64,000 nt of DNA from an uncultured Candidatus Saccharibacteria bacterium (lineage in GTDB: Bacteria > Patescibacteriota > Saccharimonadia > Saccharimonadales > JBBQAJ01). The notes under the pieces were generated by a model, which did not search any database, had not been told where the DNA came from, and saw nothing but the letters and a program-made list of their open reading frames with translations. The stretch is taken from assembly GCA_964593805.1 (NCBI GenBank), contig CAZQHP010000001.1:709283-773282 (forward strand), written 5' to 3'. Numbering within the stretch: position 1 is the stretch's first letter; every line of letters begins with the position of its first letter. This document shows, one piece after another, positions 1-9,182 of this stretch. Position numbers and translations under genes: made by a program.

Positions 1-182
1 TTGAGCCGCGCGTCCAGCCAAAAACAGCGCGGACACTGCGTAAAAAGTTCTATTTTGCTACGTGAAACCTTAAAAACATCCTTTTGTCCTGGTACGTAAG
101 GCTTATTCCGCTCTTTCCAGTAGTTGTTTGTGGCCATTAGAAGCCTATTGTATCAGTTTGGCGCGATAGAAACGATGTAACT

Positions 183-1433
183 TCATTTGCGCTCAAGTAT
201 GGATAAACTTTCTATATGCGGGGTACGGGGGAAGAAATTGAAAGCTTCAAAGTGAGTGATTTTGTAATCAGCCTGCAGTTTGGCAATATCTCTTGCCTGA
301 GTAGCGGGATTGCATGACAAATAGATGATTTTTGGCGGCTTGGATTCAATAATTCTATCTGTTATATCACCATGCAAGCCGGCGCGGGGCGGGTCAAAAA
401 TGATTGGCTTGTCCGCTGTAATGTAATCAAGCGTTTTCTCAGATGCAACTTGCGTGACGCTAGCTTTTAGGCCGCTAGCTTCAGCGTTAATCATAGCCAT
501 AGCGGCGGTTGCGGGGTCGCTTTCCACTAAGTCCACGGACTTTTTGGCCAAGCTTAAACCAATGCTGCCGACTCCGGCATACATATCAACCAGTTCGCTT
601 GCACTAGAAAATTCTTTCATGCGCTTGAGTGCAAGCTCAAAAACTGGCACATTCACCTGAAAAAATGAATCAACGTCGTAAATGTAAAGCTTGTCCAACA
701 AGCTGTCTTTTAGCGTCGCGTCGCCGAGTTCATATATCAGCTCCGAGCGCACCGAAGCCGGGCTTTTTGGGTTGGAGTAATAGACTCGTAATCCACGCAA
801 TCCTTCGGGCAATTTGAGTTTGAGGAACGTTTTTGCCTTCACAAACAGCGCCGCAACCGTGCTGCCCGCCTGGTTAGAGCGAACAATAATTGTTTTCAAA
901 TCGCCAGCTCGCACACCTCTGTTATTTAGTTCTTCTAACACGGCTTGGGCCGCTAAATCTATAGCTGGCAAAGCCAAAGCGCTGCCGGCAACAATCTGCT
1001 TTTGATGACTGCCGCGGTTATACAGCGCCAAATGCACGCCAGCGTCGTCTCCCCAAAACGAATACTCCATTTTGTTGCGATATTCAAATTGCTTTTTGTC
1101 CGTTTGCAAGCCAAAATCCGGCAGTCTTATCCCAGCTTGAGTAAAAAGTTCGCTAGTAATTTCTTGCTTCCAATGGTTTTCTGTATCAAAGTTCATAATT
1201 TGCCACGGGGACGTAGCCAGGTAGTTTTGCTCTTTTGGCTCTAACCTATCAGAGCTGGGCTTGATAACCTTTACCGCAGTGCCTTCCGCATAGCTTTTTT
1301 TGCTGCGTTCTAGTTCCACGGAAACCGTTTCCCCCGGCAATGCGTTCCAGACAAATACTTTGCGCCCATCCGCCAGCACTCCCAAACCTTGCCCGCCATG
1401 GACGAGCTTTTCAATCTTTATGATTTCCGGCAT
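183..1433 (-). CDS. SAM-dependent RNA (uracil-5)-methyltransferase, TrmA/RlmD (RumA) family, with TRAM-like N-terminus
   Basis: 416-aa ORF. N-terminal GQGLGV...GETVSVEL TRAM-like segment; DMYAGVGSIGL (SAM motif I), FDPPRAGL and YLSCNPATQARD motifs typical of the family. Confidence 0.8.
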   Translation of the reverse strand: MPEIIKIEKLVHGGQGLGVLADGRKVFVWNALPGETVSVELERSKKSYAEGTAVKVIKPSSDRLEPKEQNYLATSPWQIMNFDTENHWKQEITSELFTQAGIRLPDFGLQTDKKQFEYRNKMEYSFWGDDAGVHLALYNRGSHQKQIVAGSALALPAIDLAAQAVLEELNNRGVRAGDLKTIIVRSNQAGSTVAALFVKAKTFLKLKLPEGLRGLRVYYSNPKSPASVRSELIYELGDATLKDSLLDKLYIYDVDSFFQVNVPVFELALKRMKEFSSASELVDMYAGVGSIGLSLAKKSVDLVESDPATAAMAMINAEASGLKASVTQVASEKTLDYITADKPIIFDPPRAGLHGDITDRIIESKPPKIIYLSCNPATQARDIAKLQADYKITHFEAFNFFPRTPHIESLSILERK

Positions 1434-2339
1434 CTAGCTTTTGTATAGTCCAACAATCAGAATGACTGCGAACGCGGCTTTGGCAAATATCCCAAGCTGC
1501 AAGTAGTTGCGCTCAGTAACTTCATATTTCTGAAAGCCTTTTAGCTGGCGCATCTGATTGCCAATGTAGCCCAAAAAAGCTATAAGGGTTGTGGCATAAA
1601 GAGCATAGACGTACCAGGGACTGCGGACCATCCCAAACAGGGGCGTGCCAACGGCATACACCGCAATCAACAGCCAAGGCAGTACGCCCGTCACTAAGCT
1701 TAAGACATAATTTCCCCATTCAGGTTTTGAAGCGTGAGCGTTTTGTTTTTCTGAAAACCAGCCCAATGCGCAAGTAATCACCATGAAAGCGCCGATTAAT
1801 TTTAGCGTCATTACGTCTTGTACACCGCTAATCAGGGCGATAACTCCGACCATCAGCGCGCTTATAACCGCCATGTCAATCCAGCGCCACAGCATGACTT
1901 TTTTGGCCAGTGCAGTTTCGTACTGTTTGCGGTTGCGGGTTGCGGCCAGCAGCGGCACCACAGCGGAAAGCGCCAGGATCACAACTACTGCCCAGCGAAG
2001 TTCCAGGTCATAAACCGCGTGGACTGCGGGAACAAAAACAGTTCCTGCTTTGCTAGCAAGCTCATCTTTGGTTAAAAGACCTGTAAATAGCTGGTAAGAC
2101 GTGTTGTTCATCAAAAATCCCGCCGCGGCGGCAAGCGCCAGCGCCAGAACACCACTCGCCAAGTTGAGTCGATTAAGTAGTTGCTTGGTAACTGGTTTTT
2201 TTGCGGCCGTTGCTTTCACAACTTTGGTTGATACTGATTTCTTAGTTGCCTTTGCTGATTTAGCCTGAGTTTGTCGGATGGTTTTTTTGGTAGTTTTTTT
2301 CTTTGCCCTAGATTTAGTAGTTGTAGCCATGGATGACAC
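1434..2339 (-). CDS. Heliorhodopsin-like 7-TM protein with Lys/Ala/Thr-rich N-terminal tail
   Basis: 301-aa ORF with seven predicted TM helices after a ~50-aa KKxT/AKKA-rich tail. Blocks WRWIDMAVISALM, GWFSEKQ, GVLPWLLIAVYAVG and a TM7 Lys in GIFAKAAFAV line up (from memory) with RWVEYSLSSSVM, GWLQEK, IVPWIGLLIYV and the Schiff-base Lys in SLVAKSALAW of heliorhodopsin 48C12. Confidence 0.65.
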   Translation of the reverse strand: MSSMATTTKSRAKKKTTKKTIRQTQAKSAKATKKSVSTKVVKATAAKKPVTKQLLNRLNLASGVLALALAAAAGFLMNNTSYQLFTGLLTKDELASKAGTVFVPAVHAVYDLELRWAVVVILALSAVVPLLAATRNRKQYETALAKKVMLWRWIDMAVISALMVGVIALISGVQDVMTLKLIGAFMVITCALGWFSEKQNAHASKPEWGNYVLSLVTGVLPWLLIAVYAVGTPLFGMVRSPWYVYALYATTLIAFLGYIGNQMRQLKGFQKYEVTERNYLQLGIFAKAAFAVILIVGLYKS

Positions 2340-2369
2340 TATACCATATTCGCCAGCTCATCACGGAAG

Positions 2370-2849
2370 TTACAAAGCTTTATAGGGAATATGGCACATC
2401 CCCCGACCGGTGCGCTCGGTAAATTTCTGATGATAATCTTCGGCTTCATAGAAAGGTTCGGCTGGCGTGATTGTGGTAACTATTGGGTTATTGAAGTTCG
2501 TTTGTGTTGCCTTTTTTAACTTTTCGGCAATTGTTTTTTGTTTGTCGTCAAAATAAAAAAGGGCAGACCGATAGCTATCGCCTATATCTGGTCCCTGTCG
2601 ATTAAGCTGAGTTGGGTCATGCATGCGGAAGAATTGTTTCACCAGTGTTTCATAGCTAACTTTTTCAGGGTCAAATTCCAACAACACCACTTCGGCGTGT
2701 CCAGTCGTATGCGTACAAACGTCTTCATAACTGGGATTCTTCGTGTGACCGCCGCTGTAGCCGACTGTGGTTTTGGCAACACCCGGCACTTGATCAAAAT
2801 AAAACTGCACTCCCCAGAAGCAGCCTGCGCCAAACATTGCTTTTTGCAT
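2370..2849 (-). CDS. msrA: Peptide methionine (S)-sulfoxide reductase MsrA
   Basis: 159-aa ORF with the N-terminal GAGCFWGVQ active-site motif and full-length MsrA-like sequence. Confidence 0.9.
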   Translation of the reverse strand: MQKAMFGAGCFWGVQFYFDQVPGVAKTTVGYSGGHTKNPSYEDVCTHTTGHAEVVLLEFDPEKVSYETLVKQFFRMHDPTQLNRQGPDIGDSYRSALFYFDDKQKTIAEKLKKATQTNFNNPIVTTITPAEPFYEAEDYHQKFTERTGRGMCHIPYKAL

Positions 2850-2850
2850 G

Positions 2851-4383
2851 TTATTCCTGAAGCTTCAATCTTTTTATAAGCCAATCACGAGGGAGGAGAC
2901 TTAGAAACCAGCCGGCGCGGGGACCGGAGTCTTTGCCGATTAAGGCCTGATACAGGGTGGCGAAGAGTTCTTTTGGCGGCAGATTGCTTGCGTCTTTTAG
3001 GTCGTAGATGGCTTTGTGGAACCATTCACCATCGGCGTCCGCTGGCGCGTTTTCAACCTTTTTTGCCAGCTGGTTTAGGAGTTGCTTTTGCTGGTCACTA
3101 AACCTAGCAGCATCTAGTTGATCCAGGAGGCTGAATTTGACGTCTTCGGGGGCGCGCGTTTGCAGCCACTCATTTATAAAGCTGAGTTCTTTTTTGATTA
3201 TGTTGGCTTCTGCTTTCACTGTTGGTTTGTGTTCAGTACGGCCAATGATTTCAAGCGTTTTTTCGGCGTCTTTTAGCGCCGCTTGATAGCTGGCAACAAG
3301 GTGCGAAAACGGCACCTGGCTGACGCTGCGCGCGTTTTCGCCTCGCGTGCAGATATACCACAATTGCTTTTCGGCTTCTGACTTATCAGCTTTAGCGGCA
3401 AATTCGGCAAATTCATCCATGAGCTTCACCACGCCGTTAATTGGGTCAAAATATAGCCGCTTATCTGGTGCTGAGCGCAATATAAACCAACGCACAACTT
3501 CTGGAGGCATAAGTTTTGCACCCTGCACAGCATCCAGACCGGTGCCTTTGCTGGCGCTCATTTTTTTAGTGTCACCAACCATGTTTATAAAGTCATAAGC
3601 TACTGGATATGGCGGTTCGGCGTCATATACTTCACGTACAATCTGCACACCGGTGTCGTAGCTGCCACCTTTTGTCATATGGTCTCGCCCCGACGGTTCT
3701 ACGGCGACTTTTTGCAACCACCAACGCCCGGGCCAGTCCAAACGCCAGTCCAGTTTCACTTTTCCATCGTTATACGCAATTGACTTCTCTTTGTCATCGG
3801 CACCTTTATATACAAGCGTCTTTTTTGCTGTGTCTAAACTCACAAACGCGCGTTTTTTTAATCGTCCGTCTTCTAAAATCTGTATTGGTGACCAATGCTC
3901 GTCTAGTTCTCGTCCTGAAACCGTTTCCAGCGCATGGCGCGCTTCTGTCACGTGGCTTAAAGCCCGCTCAATTGCAGGTACATACCAGCCATCACGATAT
4001 TTTTCACTGGCTTTTGGATATTCAACTTCTATACCCAATGTCGCGCACGAATCAATCAAACCTTGCAAAAAAAAGTCTCCCATAGAAGTATCAGAACCAT
4101 CAGGAGCGGGTATGTCAGACAGTGGGTAGCCAAGGTATTTTTCGTAATCCGCAGGTAAATTGACTGGAACTTTGCGAAAGCCGTCAAAATCATCCACAAA
4201 CTGTATGTGGCGGGCTCCACGTCCTCGCCGTCTTATCTCCAGCAAAATCGCGTCACAAGTAACAAGTTCGCGCAAATGACCCAAATGATAGGTCCCAGAT
4301 GGCGAGCTGCCAGATTCAATCAAAATTTCGCCATCCGGATGGCGCTCCATAACCTCATCTACGATTTTATTCAGCCACTGCAT
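2851..4383 (-). CDS. lysK: Lysine--tRNA ligase, class I (archaeal/spirochaete type)
   Basis: 510-aa ORF. HIGH-type motif (YHLGHLRE) near the N-terminus and KMSKS-type motif (KMSASKG); length and layout fit class I LysRS, not class II. Confidence 0.85.
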   Translation of the reverse strand: MQWLNKIVDEVMERHPDGEILIESGSSPSGTYHLGHLRELVTCDAILLEIRRRGRGARHIQFVDDFDGFRKVPVNLPADYEKYLGYPLSDIPAPDGSDTSMGDFFLQGLIDSCATLGIEVEYPKASEKYRDGWYVPAIERALSHVTEARHALETVSGRELDEHWSPIQILEDGRLKKRAFVSLDTAKKTLVYKGADDKEKSIAYNDGKVKLDWRLDWPGRWWLQKVAVEPSGRDHMTKGGSYDTGVQIVREVYDAEPPYPVAYDFINMVGDTKKMSASKGTGLDAVQGAKLMPPEVVRWFILRSAPDKRLYFDPINGVVKLMDEFAEFAAKADKSEAEKQLWYICTRGENARSVSQVPFSHLVASYQAALKDAEKTLEIIGRTEHKPTVKAEANIIKKELSFINEWLQTRAPEDVKFSLLDQLDAARFSDQQKQLLNQLAKKVENAPADADGEWFHKAIYDLKDASNLPPKELFATLYQALIGKDSGPRAGWFLSLLPRDWLIKRLKLQE

Positions 4384-4602
4384 GATAGGAAAAGTATACA
4401 GTAAACAGATTACAGTTAACAGAAAGTGCAGTTAGGTTCGCCTGGGTATTGCGCTTGTGTGCCAGGTGCATTTTCTCTGCGAGAAACGGACTGAGCTGTA
4501 CAGTTGGTACTGCTCAGGAGTATCGGAGCAGAAAAATGTGCCTGGTGCCAAGAAGCCCGTAAAGATACGGCTTTACCGGAGCTATGCGGGCTGGTGCAAT
4601 GC

Positions 4603-5058
4603 TCAGGCGATTTGGGCGATTTTGTAGGTGGCGGTTTCCGCGGGAGTGACGATTTCTACTTTGTCGCCCAGTTTTTTGCCCAGAAGAGCCATGCCAATCG
4701 GTGATTCATCAGATATTTTGCCGTTCAAGGGATCGGCTTCTACGGTGCCGACTACCTGAAATTTTTTGGTAGCGCCGTTTTTTAGCGTTACCATGCTCCC
4801 GACCTGCACCTTGTTGCCGTTTTTTGGCTTGCCAATAATTTCTACGTTTAGCAGAATATGTTCAATTTCTGATATACGAGCTTCTAGCTTTTCCTGTTCT
4901 TGGCGGGCAGATTGGTATTCGGCATTTTCGGCCAAGTCGCCAAACTCACGAGCTGTTTTGATAGCGTCAGCAACCGGCTTGCGTTCCGCAATCAAGCCGG
5001 CAAGCTCTTTTTCTAGCTCAGCGACACCCTCTTTGGTGAGTAAAAACGACTTGTTCAT
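4603..5058 (-). CDS. greA: Transcription elongation factor GreA
   Basis: ORF 4603..5097. The internal ATG at 5058 (MNKSFLLTKEGVAELEKEL...) gives a ~151-aa GreA with an N-terminal coiled coil and C-terminal globular domain. Confidence 0.85.
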   Translation of the reverse strand: MNKSFLLTKEGVAELEKELAGLIAERKPVADAIKTAREFGDLAENAEYQSARQEQEKLEARISEIEHILLNVEIIGKPKNGNKVQVGSMVTLKNGATKKFQVVGTVEADPLNGKISDESPIGMALLGKKLGDKVEIVTPAETATYKIAQIA

Positions 5059-5138
5059 AATTATCTTCCACGCTCCGTTAATCTTCCATCCAACCAATAC
5101 TGACGCTTGGGTTGCAGATGATTATACCAGCCCGCGCT

Positions 5139-6389
5139 TCAGCGTGCTAGTTTTTTTATGAGTTCGTCCTCGGATACAAATCCTGCTACGGCTTCAGTAC
5201 GTCCTTTTAGCTCATATGTGGTATTTTCTAGTGTCTTTTCACTCACAACCACTCGGTATGGTATGCCTAGCAAATCAGCATCGGCAAATTTTTCCCCCGG
5301 CCGCACGTCTCTATCATCATACAAAACCGTAGTTCCCGCTTTCTCAAGCTTCTCATATATGGCGTCAGCATATTTGACCGCGTGCGCATTATCATCCAAG
5401 CGAGCCAAATAAACCTTGAAAGGTGCTACGTTTTCCGGCCACACCAGCCCTTTTTCGTCGCTCATAAGCTCGGCCATTACTCCCATGAGACGGCTCACAC
5501 CAATACCATAACAACCCATTTGCAGTGGCTGCAAAACCCCGTTTTCGTCCGTAACTGCCAATCCAAATGGAGTAGTAAATTTGGTACCAAGAGTAAAAAC
5601 ATTGCCGACTTCAATAGCTCGAACCTCTTCAAGGTCATTTTTGTTAAGGCCGAGCTCTTTTACTACTTCGTCCGTAAAGACTTCTTTGTTGATGGCTCTT
5701 TTTTGGCGGCGGTCAAGATAAATAGTGTCTTCACCAGCATCGGTAATAGTTTGAAATTCGTGGCTAAACTTACTGAAGCTACCGCCGCTGGCATATGTTA
5801 TGAAAGTTTGATCACCTATGCCTAGGCGATTATAGACTTTCATATAAGCTTCCGTGGCTTTTTCATAGAAGTCCGTATGCTGTTCGTCGGTCACGGCGTA
5901 AGAATACATATCTTTCATCAGAAACTCGCGACCGCGCATCAATCCGCTTTTAGAGCGCAGCTCGTTTCTAAACTTTGTTTGAATTTGATAGGGCGCAAAT
6001 GGCAGATCGTTATAGCTTGATACATAGTTTTTAACAATCGCTGATAGATTTTCCTCATGTGAAAAACCAAGGCCAAGTTCTGTTCCGTTTACAAGCTTAG
6101 TTTTAAACCAATCATCTACTACTTTGTCATCCCAACGGTTTGTTGCTTCGTAACGCTCTTTTATTTGCAGCGCGGGCATCATTATTTCTTGCCCGCCAAT
6201 GGTATCCATTTCTTCACGAACGATTTGGGCGATATTATTGAGCACCCGCAATCCCAGCGGCAGATAGCTATAAACACCAGCCATTTCTTTATGTATGTAG
6301 CCAGCCTGGATCAAAAGCTGGGCGTTTTTAGCGGTTTCATCCGCCGGCGTGTTTTTTTTGGTCTTGGTAAAAAGCTGTGACATTTTCAT
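5139..6389 (-). CDS. proS: Proline--tRNA ligase, bacterial-like but lacking the INS editing domain
   Basis: ~416 aa. Class II motifs (FRNELRSKSGLMRGREF, GCYGIGVSRL) plus a C-terminal anticodon-binding domain. Only a ~30-aa linker sits where the ~180-aa INS domain would be. Confidence 0.85.
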   Translation of the reverse strand: MKMSQLFTKTKKNTPADETAKNAQLLIQAGYIHKEMAGVYSYLPLGLRVLNNIAQIVREEMDTIGGQEIMMPALQIKERYEATNRWDDKVVDDWFKTKLVNGTELGLGFSHEENLSAIVKNYVSSYNDLPFAPYQIQTKFRNELRSKSGLMRGREFLMKDMYSYAVTDEQHTDFYEKATEAYMKVYNRLGIGDQTFITYASGGSFSKFSHEFQTITDAGEDTIYLDRRQKRAINKEVFTDEVVKELGLNKNDLEEVRAIEVGNVFTLGTKFTTPFGLAVTDENGVLQPLQMGCYGIGVSRLMGVMAELMSDEKGLVWPENVAPFKVYLARLDDNAHAVKYADAIYEKLEKAGTTVLYDDRDVRPGEKFADADLLGIPYRVVVSEKTLENTTYELKGRTEAVAGFVSEDELIKKLAR

Positions 6390-6409
6390 ATGCAACTATA
6401 GTACCTTGT

Positions 6410-7159
6410 TCAGCCTGCCTTGGCGACAACATATGTTCCGGTTCTACCAGCTTCAACCGCTTCAATAGGACAGTCTGCCTGGGCAATATAGGCGTCTATA
6501 CCTTCATCTGCAACCTCAAACGCCGCCCTAAGCTTGGAACGCATACCGCCTTTGCCTCTTGAGCCGCTGTCGTTTACGACCGCTAAAGCTCGTGCTTGAG
6601 CCACTTCACTATATGGTATTTCGCCGATAATACGGCCTTCATACATCAAACCCTCTACGTCATTTGTCATAAAGAAAACGGCTTGAGCCCGCATCAGGAT
6701 GCCGATATGCGCGGCTAAACCATCGTTTTCTCCACCCCAACGGCGTTTTTCAAGTTCTACGTGACTTAGCTTGTCGTTAGTATTTACTATGGGCACAATG
6801 CCGGCCGCAATATCATTTTTCAGAGCCTGCTTTAGCGTACTTCCTTCTTCAGGGTCTTCAATTTCATGATCGGTTACCGGCACTTGGCTAGCCCTTATGC
6901 CAAATTCCCCAAGTGCTTTCTTCCAACCCATGACAATATTGGCACTTCCAAGACCAGCCAGAATTTGTTCGTCTTCAATTTCTGGCGCTTCAGCCCTTCC
7001 TGCCATAACAGAGCCAGAGCTAACAATAATTAATCCGCTTGCATGCCTAACTAGCCGCCGCGCATGGCCATTGAGCTTCTCCTGATTAACGCCAGGTGCA
7101 TCCGCTACAGTCTCAGATCCGCATTTTACAACTTTTATTCCACTCATTATTGTCTCCAA
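6410..7159 (-). CDS. Amino-acid kinase family protein, glutamate 5-kinase (ProB)-like, no PUA domain
   Basis: 249 aa. VVKCGSETV, IVSSGSVMAGR, IPIVNTNDKL..GENDGLAA and GKGGMRSKLRAA resemble the ProB kinase-domain blocks (VKLGTS, VTSGAIAAGR, VINENDAV..GDNDNLSA, GTGGMSTKLQAA). Confidence 0.6.
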   Translation of the reverse strand: METIMSGIKVVKCGSETVADAPGVNQEKLNGHARRLVRHASGLIIVSSGSVMAGRAEAPEIEDEQILAGLGSANIVMGWKKALGEFGIRASQVPVTDHEIEDPEEGSTLKQALKNDIAAGIVPIVNTNDKLSHVELEKRRWGGENDGLAAHIGILMRAQAVFFMTNDVEGLMYEGRIIGEIPYSEVAQARALAVVNDSGSRGKGGMRSKLRAAFEVADEGIDAYIAQADCPIEAVEAGRTGTYVVAKAG

Positions 7160-7160
7160 T

Positions 7161-7184
7161 CAAAAACCCCTCTTCCTCGAGGGG
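7161..7184 (-). terminator. Rho-independent terminator downstream of the CPBP protease gene
   Basis: Minus-strand CCCCTC-gaggaa-GAGGGG hairpin followed by UUUUU. Confidence 0.6.
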
Positions 7185-7294
7185 CGTGTTAGTTTAGTCA
7201 AATGTTTACAAGCAACAAACTACGCCCGAGTGGGCGGAGTGGGCACGTTCCAGTAAACTTTCTGAGCTAAACTCATAGACATAACTATACCACA

Positions 7295-8056
7295 TTATTT
7301 GAGATATTGTACTATGTTGAATAAAACTATGAATGCTAGGCCGTTTTTGATCATATGTAGCCCAATTGAAGGCCACAAACTGCCGGTTTTTTCGCGTAGA
7401 TAACAGAGTACCAGCGACAATATGAAAGTATCCACGGCTGCAACCCATAGCAAGCCGTCGCTAGCCTCACCCAAATGAGCCGCCGCGAACAATCCGCTGG
7501 TTATGATAGCTGCTGATACAAACGGCAGCTTGGTCCTCAGCCCGCCAAACAAAAAACCGCGGGCCACAATTTCTTCAACTATCGGCGGCAGGATTACCAA
7601 ACTGGCAAAAACCGGAATAAGTTCTATGCCCCGCGTGGAGGTACTAAAACCAAGTTCTTGCTTTTGTTCAAGATCCAAACCAGGAACGAGCGCTTTCGCG
7701 ATTAAAATTCCCAAAATATACAGCACAAAATAAGCCGCGAACCCGCTGAGCGCATAGGCTGCGTACTTTGCCCGCGGTTTGTTAAAACCAATGTTTTTAA
7801 AGCCAAGGTTACGAAATTTGAGAAAAAAGTGGAGTAAATAAAGCGTCGCGGCTTCAATCAATATAACAAAAGCGAATGTAGCCCAAACGTTTGTTTGCAG
7901 CCAGTCGGTTGTTTGCGCCGCGCTCCAATGCTGTATGAGCGGTACGATAGAGATCAAAATGCCCGCAACCAGTTGTGCGGCAAAATAAATCGCCACCGTG
8001 ATAAAAACAGTCGCGGACGGACTGTAGAGCTTTGGCTTAATTACTTCTTCTTCCAC
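7295..8056 (-). CDS. CPBP (CAAX) family intramembrane glutamic endopeptidase
   Basis: 253-aa polytopic membrane ORF with an EEIVARGFLFGGL (EExxxR) motif and a later FAAAHL motif. Confidence 0.75.
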   Translation of the reverse strand: MEEEVIKPKLYSPSATVFITVAIYFAAQLVAGILISIVPLIQHWSAAQTTDWLQTNVWATFAFVILIEAATLYLLHFFLKFRNLGFKNIGFNKPRAKYAAYALSGFAAYFVLYILGILIAKALVPGLDLEQKQELGFSTSTRGIELIPVFASLVILPPIVEEIVARGFLFGGLRTKLPFVSAAIITSGLFAAAHLGEASDGLLWVAAVDTFILSLVLCYLREKTGSLWPSIGLHMIKNGLAFIVLFNIVQYLK

Positions 8057-8057
8057 C

Positions 8058-9182
8058 TTAGAAAAATCGCTTTACGTCAACTATCGTTATAAGCACAAAC
8101 AGCAGCATCAGAGCCGCAAAACCCGTGCCATGTATCAGGTCTTCGGTTTTTTTGCCAAGCGGTTTGCGAAAAGCCCTAAACAGCAGGGTCACAAATAGCC
8201 TGCCGCCGTCTAATGCCGGGATTGGCAAGGCGTTCATAATCGCTAAAGTGAGTGAAATTATGGCAACAATCATGAGTATAAATTGGTACCCGAGCAGACT
8301 GCCGTCTTTGAGCAATACGAATATGCCGACTGGCCCGGCTACCTGCGCGCTGGCTTTGGCGGTATCACCTCGAAACAAACTGCCCAGTGCCGTGCCAAGT
8401 CCCTTAAAAGTTAGGGCTGTTACTTGTTTTATAAAACCGCCAGCCACAATCGGAGCCGACCAAGTGGAGCGCTGGACTATGTATTCGGTAGGAACAATTC
8501 CCAGATAACCTTTTGGTTTATCTGTTTTTTTACTGTCTTCAACTTCTTGCTTTGTTCTGAGTGTAATATCTAGTTCTTTTTCCTGCCCGCCGCGGAGTAT
8601 GCCTAGACGTACATTCTGGCCTTCGTACCGTTTGGTTATATTTGGCAGATTTTCCGCGGAGCCAATTTGGCTGGTTTCGCCTCCGTACGTAACCCTCAGC
8701 AATTGGTCGCGCTGCGCCAGTCCGGCTTTGGCCGCCGGGCTGCCCTGTTCTACTACGCCAACTAACACGTTTTGCCTTATCACTTTTGTATCGCTGGCCA
8801 CCGTAAACTGGTTTTCGATCAGTTTGGGCATGCCAACCAGGGCTAGAAAAGTTAGCAGCGCAAAAGCAGTAATGAGATTCATTGCTACCCCCGCCAGCAT
8901 AATTTTCACTTTAGTGCTCAGGGTAGCCGCCCCAAAACTGCCCGGTGATTTATCGGCGTCGTTTTCACCTTTTAGCTTCACAAAACCACCGAGTGGCAGC
9001 CAGTTCAACGTAAATACGGTGCCGTTTTTTTTGGTCAAAACTTTGGCACGGGGCGGAAAGCCAATTCCAAATTCTTCAACTTCCACGCCGCCACGCCGCG
9101 CCATGACAAAGTGCCCAAATTCATGCACCACCACCAAGCCTACGAACAAAAACAAACCCAAAACCAGCAATAAAACTGACAT
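8058..9182 (-). CDS. rseP: Site-2 protease, M50 family zinc metalloprotease (RseP-like) with PDZ domain
   Basis: 374 aa. HEFGHFVMARR zinc motif in TM1, a central PDZ-like region, and a C-terminal NALPIPALDGGRL motif. Confidence 0.85.
   Translation of the reverse strand: MSVLLLVLGLFLFVGLVVVHEFGHFVMARRGGVEVEEFGIGFPPRAKVLTKKNGTVFTLNWLPLGGFVKLKGENDADKSPGSFGAATLSTKVKIMLAGVAMNLITAFALLTFLALVGMPKLIENQFTVASDTKVIRQNVLVGVVEQGSPAAKAGLAQRDQLLRVTYGGETSQIGSAENLPNITKRYEGQNVRLGILRGGQEKELDITLRTKQEVEDSKKTDKPKGYLGIVPTEYIVQRSTWSAPIVAGGFIKQVTALTFKGLGTALGSLFRGDTAKASAQVAGPVGIFVLLKDGSLLGYQFILMIVAIISLTLAIMNALPIPALDGGRLFVTLLFRAFRKPLGKKTEDLIHGTGFAALMLLFVLITIVDVKRFF

Noticed and set aside
4501-4520. TTGGTACTGC on the plus strand, resembling the T-box core GGUGGUACCGCG, near lysK.
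   Set aside because: It is on the wrong strand for lysK, no plus-strand gene lies downstream, and it lacks the UGGN bulge context. On the minus strand it is simply part of a hairpin.
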